Below, piece after piece: positions 29,012-38,882 of a DNA stretch of 64,000 nucleotides. Under the pieces are notes generated by a model that worked only from the letters and a program-made list of their open reading frames with translations, did no database searches and was not told the DNA's origin. The translations under genes were made by a program, and so were the position numbers. Every line of letters begins with the position of its first letter. Within the stretch, counting starts at the first letter, position 1. The DNA is from Promethearchaeota archaeon (lineage in GTDB: Archaea > Asgardarchaeota > Lokiarchaeia > Sigyniarchaeales > SOKP01). Where the stretch lies: the NCBI GenBank assembly GCA_048938445.1, contig JBHLME010000002.1, positions 6,662 to 70,661 of the forward strand, in the 5' to 3' direction.

Positions 29012-29797
29012 ATGCCAATAATAAATGTAAACGATATTAATATTTATCATGAAGTGCATGGAGAGGGATTTCCCCTAGTCATGATAATGGGACAATCTGG
29101 AAATGTTGATTGGTGGGATCCTAGCTTAATAGATATACTATCAAAGAATTTTAAGACAATAATATTTGATAATAGAGGTGTAGGACAAACTAATGATATG
29201 GATGAGGATTATACATTTAAAACATTGGCAGATGACACGATAGGTTTAATGGATGCTTTGAATATTAAACAAGCACATGTATTTGGTCTATCGATGGGTG
29301 GACAGATTGCTCAAGAGATTGCTATTAGTTATCCAAATAGAGTTAAAAAACTTATTCTCTGCTCGACAATGTGTGGTGGTTATCAAGCAGTTATTCCTTC
29401 TAGGGAAGTAATTGAAAAAGTGTTAAAAGGAGTATCTGATCCGGAGGAAATAGCTTCGCTTGTATTTACCAAGAAATTTATAGAAAATAACCCCATTGAG
29501 TTAGAAAAGATTATACAAATAGTAAAGAAAACCCCCATTTCTAGAGAATCTGCACTCCGTCAGGATAAAGCGGGAAAAAGGTTTAAATCCTTTAAAAGGC
29601 TTAAAATGATTAAAAATACAACATTAATAATGCATGGCAAGAAAGATATTTTAGTTGTACCCGAAAATGGAGAACTCTTAGAAAATTCAATACCTAATGC
29701 AAAACTTGTTTATTTTAAACATAGTGCCCATTCGATATATGCAGAAGAACCTGAATTATTTATAAAAATCCTTCTAGAATTCCTTAAGGAAATTTAG
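29012..29797 (+). CDS. Alpha/beta hydrolase
   Basis: FDNRGVG, GLSMGG nucleophile, HGKKD, SAH. Confidence 0.9.
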   Translation: MPIINVNDINIYHEVHGEGFPLVMIMGQSGNVDWWDPSLIDILSKNFKTIIFDNRGVGQTNDMDEDYTFKTLADDTIGLMDALNIKQAHVFGLSMGGQIAQEIAISYPNRVKKLILCSTMCGGYQAVIPSREVIEKVLKGVSDPEEIASLVFTKKFIENNPIELEKIIQIVKKTPISRESALRQDKAGKRFKSFKRLKMIKNTTLIMHGKKDILVVPENGELLENSIPNAKLVYFKHSAHSIYAEEPELFIKILLEFLKEI

Positions 29798-29862
29798 TCG
29801 ATAAAATGCATTTAGAAGGATAAATAGAATTTCTTTTTTAAAATAGATTTTTTTAAGTTTCT

Positions 29863-29976
29863 CTATTCACTTAAAGGATACATTTTCCTCCGATTGCATA
29901 CTAAACCTCCAAAATAGCCTGCAACACAGAAAGTCAGAATAATAAATGGCACAATAAGTAAATGTAATAGTATCAT
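29863..29976 (-). CDS. Candidate 37-aa single-TM small protein (MILLHLLIVPFIILTFCVAGYFGGLVCNRRKMYPLSE)
   Basis: Manual translation; hydrophobic helix then RRK; directly downstream of the DUF167 gene. Confidence 0.35.
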   Translation of the reverse strand: MILLHLLIVPFIILTFCVAGYFGGLVCNRRKMYPLSE

Positions 29977-30011
29977 TTCATTAATTAAAACCACAATTAA
30001 AACGAAAATTT

Positions 30012-30326
30012 TTACTTTAGAATGTTTAAAAACTGATTTTCATTTAATTGTTGGGTAAAATTAAACTCAATTATCTTTTTAGAAGTTTTTAAGCCAGAGA
30101 TGATCTTTATTTGATGTGATGATATTTTGAATTTTTTTCTTAGAAAATTTACTAATTCTTTATTAGCTTTATTTTGAATCGCTCTTGAACGAACATAAAT
30201 AGTAATACTTTCTGATTCTATCATAATATCTTGCTTTTTAGAATTTGGTTTAACTTGAACATGCAAAATGAATGAATTATCGTCTTTTTTTTCAATATAT
30301 TTTGGCATCGTTAAAATTATATCCAA
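30012..30326 (-). CDS. DUF167/UPF0235 family protein
   Basis: VQVKPNSK, ANKELV, IISGLKTSKK; the ATG at 30308 may be the true start. Confidence 0.85.
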   Translation of the reverse strand: MDIILTMPKYIEKKDDNSFILHVQVKPNSKKQDIMIESESITIYVRSRAIQNKANKELVNFLRKKFKISSHQIKIISGLKTSKKIIEFNFTQQLNENQFLNILK

Positions 30327-30338
30327 ATAATGTTAATG

Positions 30339-30701
30339 TTAACTACCTATTTTTTTCATCGTTCCACATCGGAGACATATGATGAAATGAGTCATTCCTT
30401 CATCAGCTCTTCGTGTTTGTCTTGTTTCTAATTGTGCTTTATCATAACCACATTTACGGCATTTAAAATCTTTTATCGTGCTTCTCAGATTTTCTTCTTT
30501 CCATTCCATTATCTCAGATGAAGATGTTATTTCTTCCATTAATGAATGTTCGATTTTCGTCTTTAATTTATATACATCTTCTTCTTTTTGAAACTCTTTA
30601 GTAAAACCACATTTACATTTAAGAACTTTTGTCTCACATATTCCCTTACCGGACGTAGAAGGAAGCATCATCCCGCCGCATTCGTCGCAAAATTCTACCA
30701 T
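30339..30701 (-). CDS. tfs: Transcription factor S (TFIIS/Rpb9-like)
   Basis: FCDECG zinc ribbon; CRKC...QTRRADEGMTHF..C..C acidic hairpin. Confidence 0.88.
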   Translation of the reverse strand: MVEFCDECGGMMLPSTSGKGICETKVLKCKCGFTKEFQKEEDVYKLKTKIEHSLMEEITSSSEIMEWKEENLRSTIKDFKCRKCGYDKAQLETRQTRRADEGMTHFIICLRCGTMKKIGS

Positions 30702-30781
30702 TATTTGCACGTTTAAAATAATTTATAAAAATAAATTTAGTAAATATAGAAAAAACTCATACAAAAATTTTTGTTTATTAA

Positions 30782-31750
30782 TTAATACCTTAATCCACAT
30801 AATAATGCACAAAATATTACTCCTGCAACTAGATCAGCTGTAGTGCCTGGATTTAATTTCCCTTGTCGTTTATGTAATGTTAAATCTAATTTCTTTGTAA
30901 GTTCTAATCCCTCTTTAGATATGATCCCGCCAACATTAATAATTTCACATGCTTTTTCTGAAACCATTATTGCATGATCTAATCCAGATTTTTTAATTAT
31001 GAGTGTGTCGTGATGCTTTGCCAAGATTTTTAGGAATGTATTTACCGTAGCAATGTTTATATCACTTGTCTGCTTGAATGTATTAAAATAGTATGGTAAT
31101 CCTTCATTTAAAATAATATTAAATCCTGTAGAGTATTCATGACTAATTAAATCAAGGTCTTTTGAAAATTCAAAGATTTTTTTTAAATTCATCCTATCAA
31201 TTTTGAGATTTTTGATAGAATTCTCATCATTAATGTCATACTTATCAACCTTTCCTAATCCTCCTGGATCACATTTTCTAATTGCTTCATATAGATTTAT
31301 ACTATCTTCAATTGTGGTGTTATCAATTATGTTTTTTATTGAAATTATAAAAAATTCAAAAGACTTCTTGTTTTTTTTGAGGCAAATCGTTGCTGCTGCT
31401 ACAAGAGGCGCCAATATTAAAATATGACCAAGTATCACGTTTCCTCCTTTTTGCCATTTCATGAATTGTTCTGCTGCATCCTTGAAAAAAACTCCTAATT
31501 GAATATTTTTATATATTTCATTGTTTAGATTATGATCATAAAAAATTCTTTCACACATTTCCTTAAAATTAGGTTGAATTGCTGTTATTCCTGCTAAAAA
31601 ATGTTCGAATCGCGTATCAACAAAATCTTGATTGCGATGTACATTACCAGGTTTTGGATACCCTGATAATTCTAATAAACTTGCTAAATTTGCACACCGT
31701 AAAATGTCCTCAATAGAATCGATTAAGAGAACCTTATCTTTCAATGTCAC
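30782..31750 (-). CDS. citG: CitG-family triphosphoribosyl-dephospho-CoA synthase-like protein
   Basis: LE..PKPGNVHR, DTLI, NPGTTADL. Confidence 0.8.
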   Translation of the reverse strand: MTLKDKVLLIDSIEDILRCANLASLLELSGYPKPGNVHRNQDFVDTRFEHFLAGITAIQPNFKEMCERIFYDHNLNNEIYKNIQLGVFFKDAAEQFMKWQKGGNVILGHILILAPLVAAATICLKKNKKSFEFFIISIKNIIDNTTIEDSINLYEAIRKCDPGGLGKVDKYDINDENSIKNLKIDRMNLKKIFEFSKDLDLISHEYSTGFNIILNEGLPYYFNTFKQTSDINIATVNTFLKILAKHHDTLIIKKSGLDHAIMVSEKACEIINVGGIISKEGLELTKKLDLTLHKRQGKLNPGTTADLVAGVIFCALLCGLRY

Positions 31751-31801
31751 AATTAAATTAAAGGAGATAATATATATAAAAGATTTATTTAAATAAAGAG
31801 A

Positions 31802-32125
31802 TTAATAATATGATAATTCAAGCATTTTCTTCTCTTTGACAATATATCCTTGCTTGTCAGGATTTATGAGCGATATTGCTCTATAGTCACTATCTATACC
31901 TTTTTTGTATAAATATTTCTTAATCCTAAGTTTTATTGCTCTTTTTGATAATTTTTTTGGCATTTGAATTTCGATATTTGTACCATTTAATGTAATTTGA
32001 AGTTTTGGTAAAGCTTCTGCTATGAACCTTGTTAATCCCTCAATTAATTCATTTCCACTAAATCCTTTTTTATAATTTAATTCATTAGCCTCTATAATTA
32101 TTGTCCTGTTACTTTCATTACTCAT
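31802..32125 (-). CDS. rpl22e: Ribosomal protein eL22 (L22e)
   Basis: LSKRAIKLRIKKYLYKKG..YRAIS..GY matches the eL22 SKRYLKYLTKKYLKK..LRVV pattern; start placed at ATG 32125. Confidence 0.75.
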   Translation of the reverse strand: MSNESNRTIIIEANELNYKKGFSGNELIEGLTRFIAEALPKLQITLNGTNIEIQMPKKLSKRAIKLRIKKYLYKKGIDSDYRAISLINPDKQGYIVKEKKMLELSYY

Positions 32126-32282
32126 TGTTTTATCACAAGAAAAAAAATTGTACATGTTATAAATTTTTTATGATTTTATCACGAACTCGCCAACGATTTA
32201 CAGTCACTCTTATTTTAACATTTTAAGATATATTTTTTTTAAATGTATCCTATTATAATTAAAAAATAAATGGTGAATAAAA

Positions 32283-33557
32283 TTGGTTGATTATGTTAAT
32301 CTGAATTATGAACCAAATGAAAATGATCTCATTGCAATGTATTATGTTGAAAAAGCTCCAGAGTGCAAGGATTTAGAGCATGCCTCTGAGGAAATCGCAA
32401 AAGAGAGTTCAATTGGTACTTGGACGGATATTTCTACGCTTTCAGCAGATATCGCAAAGAAACTTAAACCATCTGTTTTTCATATAAATCCTAAAAATCA
32501 AATCATTCAAATTGCCTATACAAAAGATTTATTTGAAGCTGATAACATGTCTCAAATATTAAGCGCTATAGCTGGAAATATTTATGGAATGAAAATCATT
32601 AATAAATTACGATTGTTAGATATATCTTTTCCACGAGATATTGTTAATGCTTATAAAGGACCTATATTTGGAATTGATGGTATTAGAAAATTGATAAAAA
32701 TTAATGATAGACCTCTTCTTGGTACAATCGTAAAACCAAAAGTTGGACTTAATGAAAATGAGCATGCCAAAGTATGTGGAGATGCTTGGAGTGGTGGTTT
32801 AGATATAGTTAAAGATGATGAAAATTTAACAAGTATGGCTTTTAATCAATTTGAAAAAAGAATTGAAGAAACACTAAAAGAAAGAAACAAAATTGAAAAT
32901 GAAACTGGTGATAAAAAGATATATATGCCTAATATCACTGCTAAATTAAGCGTTATGAAACAAAGAGCAGACTTTGTTGTCAAGCACGGAGGAGAATATG
33001 TGATGGTGGATATAGTGACAGTAGGATTTTCTGCTTTACAAGAAATTCGTGATTATTTAGAAGATAAAAATGTTGTCATTCACGCCCACAGGGCAATGCA
33101 TGCGGCATTCACCCGAGATAAAACACATGGGATGACAATGTTAGCTCTAGCAAAGATTATGAGGCTAATTGGAATGGATCAACTGCACACGGGAACTATA
33201 ATAGGAAAAATGGAAGGTCCAAAGAAAGAAGTCGTTGAAATGAATGAAGTAATAACTAAAGAAAGAGTCAATGGTAATAATATTTCTACTCTTGATCAAG
33301 ATTGGGGTGATATTAAACCAATATTACCCGTGGCTTCAGGTGGATTAAGCCCATTACATGTTCCAGATTTAATTAAAATTCTTGGAAAAGATATTGTCCT
33401 TCAATTTGGTGGGGGATGTCATGGTCATCCTGGTGGAACAATAAAAGGAGCAAAAGCAATAAGACAAGCTGTAGATGCTGTATTGAATGAAACACCTCTC
33501 ATTGAACATGCTAAATATAACTTAGAACTTAAACAAGCTATTGAAAAATGGGCTTAA
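32283..33557 (+). CDS. rbcL: RuBisCO large subunit, archaeal form III
   Basis: ESSIGTW, GTIVKPKVG, KDDE, HAHRAMH, HTGT..GKM, SGG, QFGGG. Confidence 0.95.
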   Translation: MVDYVNLNYEPNENDLIAMYYVEKAPECKDLEHASEEIAKESSIGTWTDISTLSADIAKKLKPSVFHINPKNQIIQIAYTKDLFEADNMSQILSAIAGNIYGMKIINKLRLLDISFPRDIVNAYKGPIFGIDGIRKLIKINDRPLLGTIVKPKVGLNENEHAKVCGDAWSGGLDIVKDDENLTSMAFNQFEKRIEETLKERNKIENETGDKKIYMPNITAKLSVMKQRADFVVKHGGEYVMVDIVTVGFSALQEIRDYLEDKNVVIHAHRAMHAAFTRDKTHGMTMLALAKIMRLIGMDQLHTGTIIGKMEGPKKEVVEMNEVITKERVNGNNISTLDQDWGDIKPILPVASGGLSPLHVPDLIKILGKDIVLQFGGGCHGHPGGTIKGAKAIRQAVDAVLNETPLIEHAKYNLELKQAIEKWA

Positions 33558-33562
33558 ATTAA

Positions 33563-34513
33563 TTAATCCTTTTCTTTTAATTCAGGGTATAACTTTTCAA
33601 AATAATTTTGCACGTGACTTGAAGCAAATATTCCCGCTTCTGTAATAAGGCCATCTATGTATCGTCTACTTACGGTTTCAAAAGCAGGATTTAAAATTTT
33701 CAATTGTTTATGCTTATTATCCCATATCTCTTCAGCTTCTCTCATTTCTATTCTTTCTAAGATTCCAAAAGATGTTTTTGGATTATATTTTAATAGAGGT
33801 GAAGCAACATAAAATGGAACGTGTTCCTCGTGTGCAACAAGCGCTAATAATCTAGAACCGATTTTATTGAGTACCGTACCTTCTGAAGTAATACTATCAG
33901 CACCAATTAGAATTAGATTCACATCCATCGCATTTACGGCCCATCGCATGGCACTATCGACAACATGAATTACTTCAATACCAGCATCTAATAGTTCATT
34001 TGCAGTTTTTCTACCTTGAAATCTTGGTCGAGTCTCAGTTTGGATTACTTTAAAATTGTTTTTTCCTTGCTTTTTTGCTTCTAAAAGAATAGCTGTAACT
34101 AGAGATGAATGACAATGTGTCATGACGACAAATTCTTTATTTCCCTTTAAATCAGGAATCCTCCTTGCTCCAATTTCTGCAATTTTTTTTCTTGAATTGA
34201 TTAACATCTCTTGATAAATTGTTTTAAAATTCTCAATATTAGTTGGAACATCTTCCACGCAAATGGTATCTAAACATTCTCTTAAGTTATTCATTATAAA
34301 AGTCAACCCATTTCTCATAGCAGGTTCAGTATCGCGAGTTTTTACCAAAATGTTCTTAGCCTCAATTAGTTTATCATGACAATCATCAACATTTTTACAT
34401 TTAAGTCGTTTAGCATAATCGCTCAAAAAAGTTATAGCACTAAGTGCAACATTCATTGCTCCTTGGATTTCAAGTGATATTATTCTCAAAGCATCTTTTT
34501 TTAATTGATCCAT
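33563..34513 (-). CDS. e2b2: Ribose-1,5-bisphosphate isomerase (eIF2B-like)
   Basis: EIQGA, THCHS (catalytic Cys), ETRPRFQG, GAD, NKIGS, NPAFE; adjacent to rbcL. Confidence 0.85.
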   Translation of the reverse strand: MDQLKKDALRIISLEIQGAMNVALSAITFLSDYAKRLKCKNVDDCHDKLIEAKNILVKTRDTEPAMRNGLTFIMNNLRECLDTICVEDVPTNIENFKTIYQEMLINSRKKIAEIGARRIPDLKGNKEFVVMTHCHSSLVTAILLEAKKQGKNNFKVIQTETRPRFQGRKTANELLDAGIEVIHVVDSAMRWAVNAMDVNLILIGADSITSEGTVLNKIGSRLLALVAHEEHVPFYVASPLLKYNPKTSFGILERIEMREAEEIWDNKHKQLKILNPAFETVSRRYIDGLITEAGIFASSHVQNYFEKLYPELKEKD

Positions 34514-34584
34514 TATTTAACATACCTTCTTTTTTTAAAGATATATGAAAATTACTTTATATAAAATTTAATATTATTTGCAAA

Positions 34585-34779
34585 TTATTTTACTTCAAAG
34601 TTATCATTGGAACTATTATCATCAATCTTATAATCCTTAGAATCAACAATTATATAAAATTGTCCTATATAATTACATTCCTTGCATTCGAACATGTCAG
34701 GAGCAAGCCAACCACTAACATTTACTGCTGGATGTAATGTGGGTTTCTTACATTTTGGACATAGTCTGATTTTGGTCAT
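34585..34779 (-). CDS. Small zinc-ribbon protein
   Basis: CPKC..SGWLAP..CKEC.Y.G. Confidence 0.7.
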   Translation of the reverse strand: MTKIRLCPKCKKPTLHPAVNVSGWLAPDMFECKECNYIGQFYIIVDSKDYKIDDNSSNDNFEVK

Positions 34780-34973
34780 GGGATTATATCCTACACATTT
34801 TTAATCTGAGTTAATTATATGTGATATTTTATATTTCACGAGTAAGAATAGAACAAACTTCTCTTTTCAATAAACTTTACCACTATAACAATTAATTATT
34901 AATCTCTATAAATATAAAAAATATATAGAAAGATTCACAAATAAGATACTCCTCTAAAATATCTTTGAATATA

Positions 34974-36818
34974 ATGATAGACTTAGATTTGCAAAGAAAA
35001 AGCTTACCTGAAGAGCCAGGAGTTTATTTCTTTAAAGATAAAAATAAGAAAGTAATTTATGTGGGTAAAGCAATAAATTTGAAGAAAAGAGTATCATCTT
35101 ATTTTGTAAAATCGAGCTATAATGACCCTTATTATGAAGAGAAAATTAAATTTTTGGTAGAACAGATTGATTCAATTGAGTATTTTGTTACACAAACCGA
35201 AAAAGAAGCAAGCATATTAGAAAATATCCAAATTAAAAAGAATATGCCTCGATTTAACGTTCGAATGCGAGATTCAAAAACCTATCCATGGATCTGTATT
35301 TTTTATTCTGAAGAATATCCCCGAATTCAAATTATTCGAGGTCCTGAAAAATACTCCCAAAAAAACATGTTTTTAGGCCCTTATACTGATAAAAAGGAAA
35401 TTTCAAGGATCTTACGTGATTTACGAAAAATTTTTCCTTATTGTTCCTGTAAGAAAAAAGTAAAAAAAAAGAGAAGAGCCTGCCTTTATTACCAGTTAAA
35501 ATTATGCCCTGGTCCTTGTATAGATGCTATCGGTAAAGAAGAATATTTAGAAAACATCTCTCAAATAGTATTATTTTTAAAGGGTGATACTGAAGGACTT
35601 AAAAAAGAAATTAAAGAAAAAATGGAAAGGGCAGCTCAACAACAGAATTATGAAGCAGCAGCATTTTGGAGGGATAAGTTAGAAGCAATTGATCGGTCTA
35701 CTTCAAATCAAAATGTCTTACTTAATGGAAATGATAATAAAGACATTATAGGATTCTTCACTGACAATGAACAAAAATATGTTGCATTAGTAATCATCCA
35801 TATTCGTGATGGAAAAATCTCAAGTAAGAGTCCATTCACGTTAGATTTAAGAGAAAAATTAATTCTCAAGGAAGAATTACTATCTTCATTATTGGAACAA
35901 TATTATCAAGGTAACAAATTGAACTTTCCCGATATTATTATCATTCCTGAACTATTTAAAGGACTCGATACATTTGAAGAAATTATGAGAGACATCAAAC
36001 CGACCATTGTAGTGCGAAAACCTTTAGATAATGAAGAAGGTCTATTAAAAATAGCCAGTAAAAATGCTAAAGTAATGGTCAATCAGGAAATACAAATGGA
36101 AGAAATAAGAAAAAAGGAAGATAATCAAATTTTAAAAGCTTTGGAAGCAGCAAAAGAATTGTTAAATTTACCAAAAATCCCCCGTATCATTGAAGGATTT
36201 GATATTTCGAATATTGAAGGGGGAGATGCTACAGGTTCCATGGTATATTTTCTTGAAGGAAAACCATATACTAAATATTATCGCCACTTTAAAATTAAAA
36301 CTAAAACTACCCCCGATGATGTGGCCATGATGAAAGAAGTCATAAGAAGAAGATATAACATGTTATTAGAAAGAGGTTATGAATTGCCTGATTTGATTTT
36401 AATTGATGGTGGAAAGGGTCAATTAAATGGTAGTGTTTCAGTTTTAAAAGAGTTAGGTCTTGAAATTCCGGTAATTGGCCTAGCAAAAAAATTTGAAGAA
36501 ATTTTTATTCCGAACAAGAAAGATCCTATAATATTGCCTCGAAACTCCCCTTTATTGAGAATATTTCAACGGGTTAGGGATGAGGCTCACAGATTTGCCA
36601 TTAGATTGCATAAAATTCAAAGAGAAAAAAGAATAACAGGATCAATTCTAGACGAAATTAAGGGGGTAGGTCCTGCAACCAGAAACAAATTATTAGAGAA
36701 ATTTGGAGATATTGATGGCATAAAAAATGCATCATTAGAACAATTAATTAAAGTTGTCGGGGAAAAATTAGCGCTTATAATTGAGAAAAGCTTAAAAAAA
36801 AAACAAATTTCTCGATAA
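34974..36818 (+). CDS. uvrC: Excinuclease ABC subunit C
   Basis: GIY-YIG (PGVY..YVGKA..R), Cys cluster, UVR domain, FDISN, DGGKGQ, RDEAHRFA, HhH. Confidence 0.96.
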   Translation: MIDLDLQRKSLPEEPGVYFFKDKNKKVIYVGKAINLKKRVSSYFVKSSYNDPYYEEKIKFLVEQIDSIEYFVTQTEKEASILENIQIKKNMPRFNVRMRDSKTYPWICIFYSEEYPRIQIIRGPEKYSQKNMFLGPYTDKKEISRILRDLRKIFPYCSCKKKVKKKRRACLYYQLKLCPGPCIDAIGKEEYLENISQIVLFLKGDTEGLKKEIKEKMERAAQQQNYEAAAFWRDKLEAIDRSTSNQNVLLNGNDNKDIIGFFTDNEQKYVALVIIHIRDGKISSKSPFTLDLREKLILKEELLSSLLEQYYQGNKLNFPDIIIIPELFKGLDTFEEIMRDIKPTIVVRKPLDNEEGLLKIASKNAKVMVNQEIQMEEIRKKEDNQILKALEAAKELLNLPKIPRIIEGFDISNIEGGDATGSMVYFLEGKPYTKYYRHFKIKTKTTPDDVAMMKEVIRRRYNMLLERGYELPDLILIDGGKGQLNGSVSVLKELGLEIPVIGLAKKFEEIFIPNKKDPIILPRNSPLLRIFQRVRDEAHRFAIRLHKIQREKRITGSILDEIKGVGPATRNKLLEKFGDIDGIKNASLEQLIKVVGEKLALIIEKSLKKKQISR

Positions 36819-36827
36819 AATTAAAAA

Positions 36828-37013
36828 TTATTCTCCCCAATCTTCATCTACCATTTCAGAAATTTCTGCTTTTGCCACGTCCCCCTCTATTTTTATAATT
36901 TCCAGATCTACTCCGCAATCAGAACATGGAATGACTTCTCCCTCTATAGTTCCATTTTCTAATTCAAACTCGAAGAAGCAGGAAGGACATTCACACTTGA
37001 CCATTTTATTCAT
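36828..37013 (-). CDS. lysW: LysW/ArgW amino-group carrier protein
   Basis: CPSC...CSDCG zinc finger and C-terminal EDWGE. Confidence 0.92.
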   Translation of the reverse strand: MNKMVKCECPSCFFEFELENGTIEGEVIPCSDCGVDLEIIKIEGDVAKAEISEMVDEDWGE

Positions 37014-37126
37014 TACCTTCGTTTTATTTATTATAAGAATGAATAGAAGAACATTTCATTTAAAATAAAATTTTCGAAATAGATATTTAAGCACTATTTT
37101 CAATAATTTATTAAGAAAAAAAAGAA

Positions 37127-38392
37127 TTAAATTAAATCTTGGTTCTTGACTCGTGAGAATATTGCAATTAAAATCATGATTAAACCTAATACAATGAAAG
37201 CAAGATTTAAACTGGATTCCACGAGAAAACCTGCCAAAGGAAATAATATGGCTTTTATAAGAGTCGATATCATATTAATTGTGCTGAGAACAGTTGCTCT
37301 ATTTTCAGTTTCAATTAGCGTATTTATACTTTTTGTGTGAATCAAACTTCTTGAAATACCAAATCCAACTATCATCATGAAAAGTATTATCATCATAAAA
37401 GATATTTGTAATATTGATAATAGTATGAAAGATATTCCTGGAATCAACGTAAATATCAAAAGCAATTTTTTTCTATTTCCCACATGATCATATAACTTTG
37501 GGACAAGGTTCATGAATACAACTTGCATGAAAGTTAATAACGTGGTTACAAATCCTAAAAAAGCAACTAATACTCCAAATCCTTCCAAATATGGTTGATA
37601 TGTCCAAAATACTATGAATATTAGGCCTTCAGCTAAGACCTGATCGAATGCTAGAGTTCTGAGACTCTTCTTTTTCTTGAGTTCCTTTATTCCAGATTTG
37701 ATAATCACGATATAGCTATTAGTTCTAGCTGATTGATTTTTAAATTGGTGATTCGGTTCTTTCATAGTTAATGCAATTATTGCTCCTATGAAGAATGGGA
37801 TTAACATTGATGCCATAATTAATTCAATCGGTATCACTAAGGTAAGCATTGAACCTAATGGTGCGGATATACCCATTCCTGCGACATAAAAGCTTACATT
37901 TCTAGCAGAAAACTTTGCGATTTTATCTTCTCGTCCAAGAAGTTTCAAGTTATCATACATTATTGCCGTATTCGTTCCAGAAATCAATGCTTCTCCGAAT
38001 GCAAATAAAGTTTCACCTAAAACAAATATTACTATATTTGGGATACTCGAATAGACTAGTGCTGCTATTGTTAATGATATTCCCCCTAAGAATAATGAAA
38101 ATTTCCTGCTTATATAATCTGAAATTGCACCACAAGGAATTTCGAATACTAAGATCATTACCCAGAAATAACTTTGCAAATACATTATTTCGATGAATGA
38201 TAACTTTCCCCAAGTCATGAAAAATATTGTAATTATTCCTGAGATTATATGAGCTCCAACCATTAAATGAAATAAATATGACTTCCAAATATTTGACTTA
38301 TATTTCATTGCTTCACTATCTATTTTCCTCTGAATAATCATTTTTGCTTTTTTTTCTTTTTCATTCAATTCTAACATTATTTTTTCACTCAA
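37127..38392 (-). CDS. MFS transporter
   Basis: About 12 TM; EIPCGAISDYISRK motif A; RATVLS. Confidence 0.88.
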   Translation of the reverse strand: MSEKIMLELNEKEKKAKMIIQRKIDSEAMKYKSNIWKSYLFHLMVGAHIISGIITIFFMTWGKLSFIEIMYLQSYFWVMILVFEIPCGAISDYISRKFSLFLGGISLTIAALVYSSIPNIVIFVLGETLFAFGEALISGTNTAIMYDNLKLLGREDKIAKFSARNVSFYVAGMGISAPLGSMLTLVIPIELIMASMLIPFFIGAIIALTMKEPNHQFKNQSARTNSYIVIIKSGIKELKKKKSLRTLAFDQVLAEGLIFIVFWTYQPYLEGFGVLVAFLGFVTTLLTFMQVVFMNLVPKLYDHVGNRKKLLLIFTLIPGISFILLSILQISFMMIILFMMIVGFGISRSLIHTKSINTLIETENRATVLSTINMISTLIKAILFPLAGFLVESSLNLAFIVLGLIMILIAIFSRVKNQDLI

Positions 38393-38480
38393 TATAATAT
38401 GTTTAAATTCCTAACAATTTCAATTATTTACATAAAAAAATTAATCGAGTCATTAAATTGAACAATTTTATATCAAAATA

Positions 38481-38494
38481 TCAAGATATCTTGA
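38481..38494. promoter_or_regulatory. Perfect 14-bp palindrome upstream of the MFS gene (putative operator)
   Basis: TCAAGATATCTTGA, about 90 bp upstream of the start at 38392. Confidence 0.35.
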
Positions 38495-38882
38495 AATAGT
38501 TGAAGTCTTAAGAGTTAAATGTTATGGAAATAAAAGTATAATGCAATTTTAGGGATTCTATAGCATTAATTTACTGAGAATTTAATGATAAAGTAAGGAT
38601 TAGAAATCGAGTAGTTTGATAATATTGCTCAACGAGTGGTACGTTATTAATTTATATTCGGTGTACGGATTAACGAATTAAATACACATTTTCTCTTCCG
38701 AATATTATTTTTGAGTACCATTTTAATTATCAACAAATTTTTTTATTATTATTATATTATCGAGCATTTTTTATAAATATATCTAAAGATAATGGAGAAT
38801 TGGCAAAATAATGGGAAAATAATGGGAATAAATCCTTCATTAATATATTTTAAGAGAAAAATATTAAGATAGGAAATTAGGT

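Noticed and set aside
38647-38721. 24-codon possible leader peptide (MVLKNNIRKRKCVFNSLIRTPNIN) on the - strand
   Set aside because: No SD and no informative codon bias; short ORFs like this are expected by chance.
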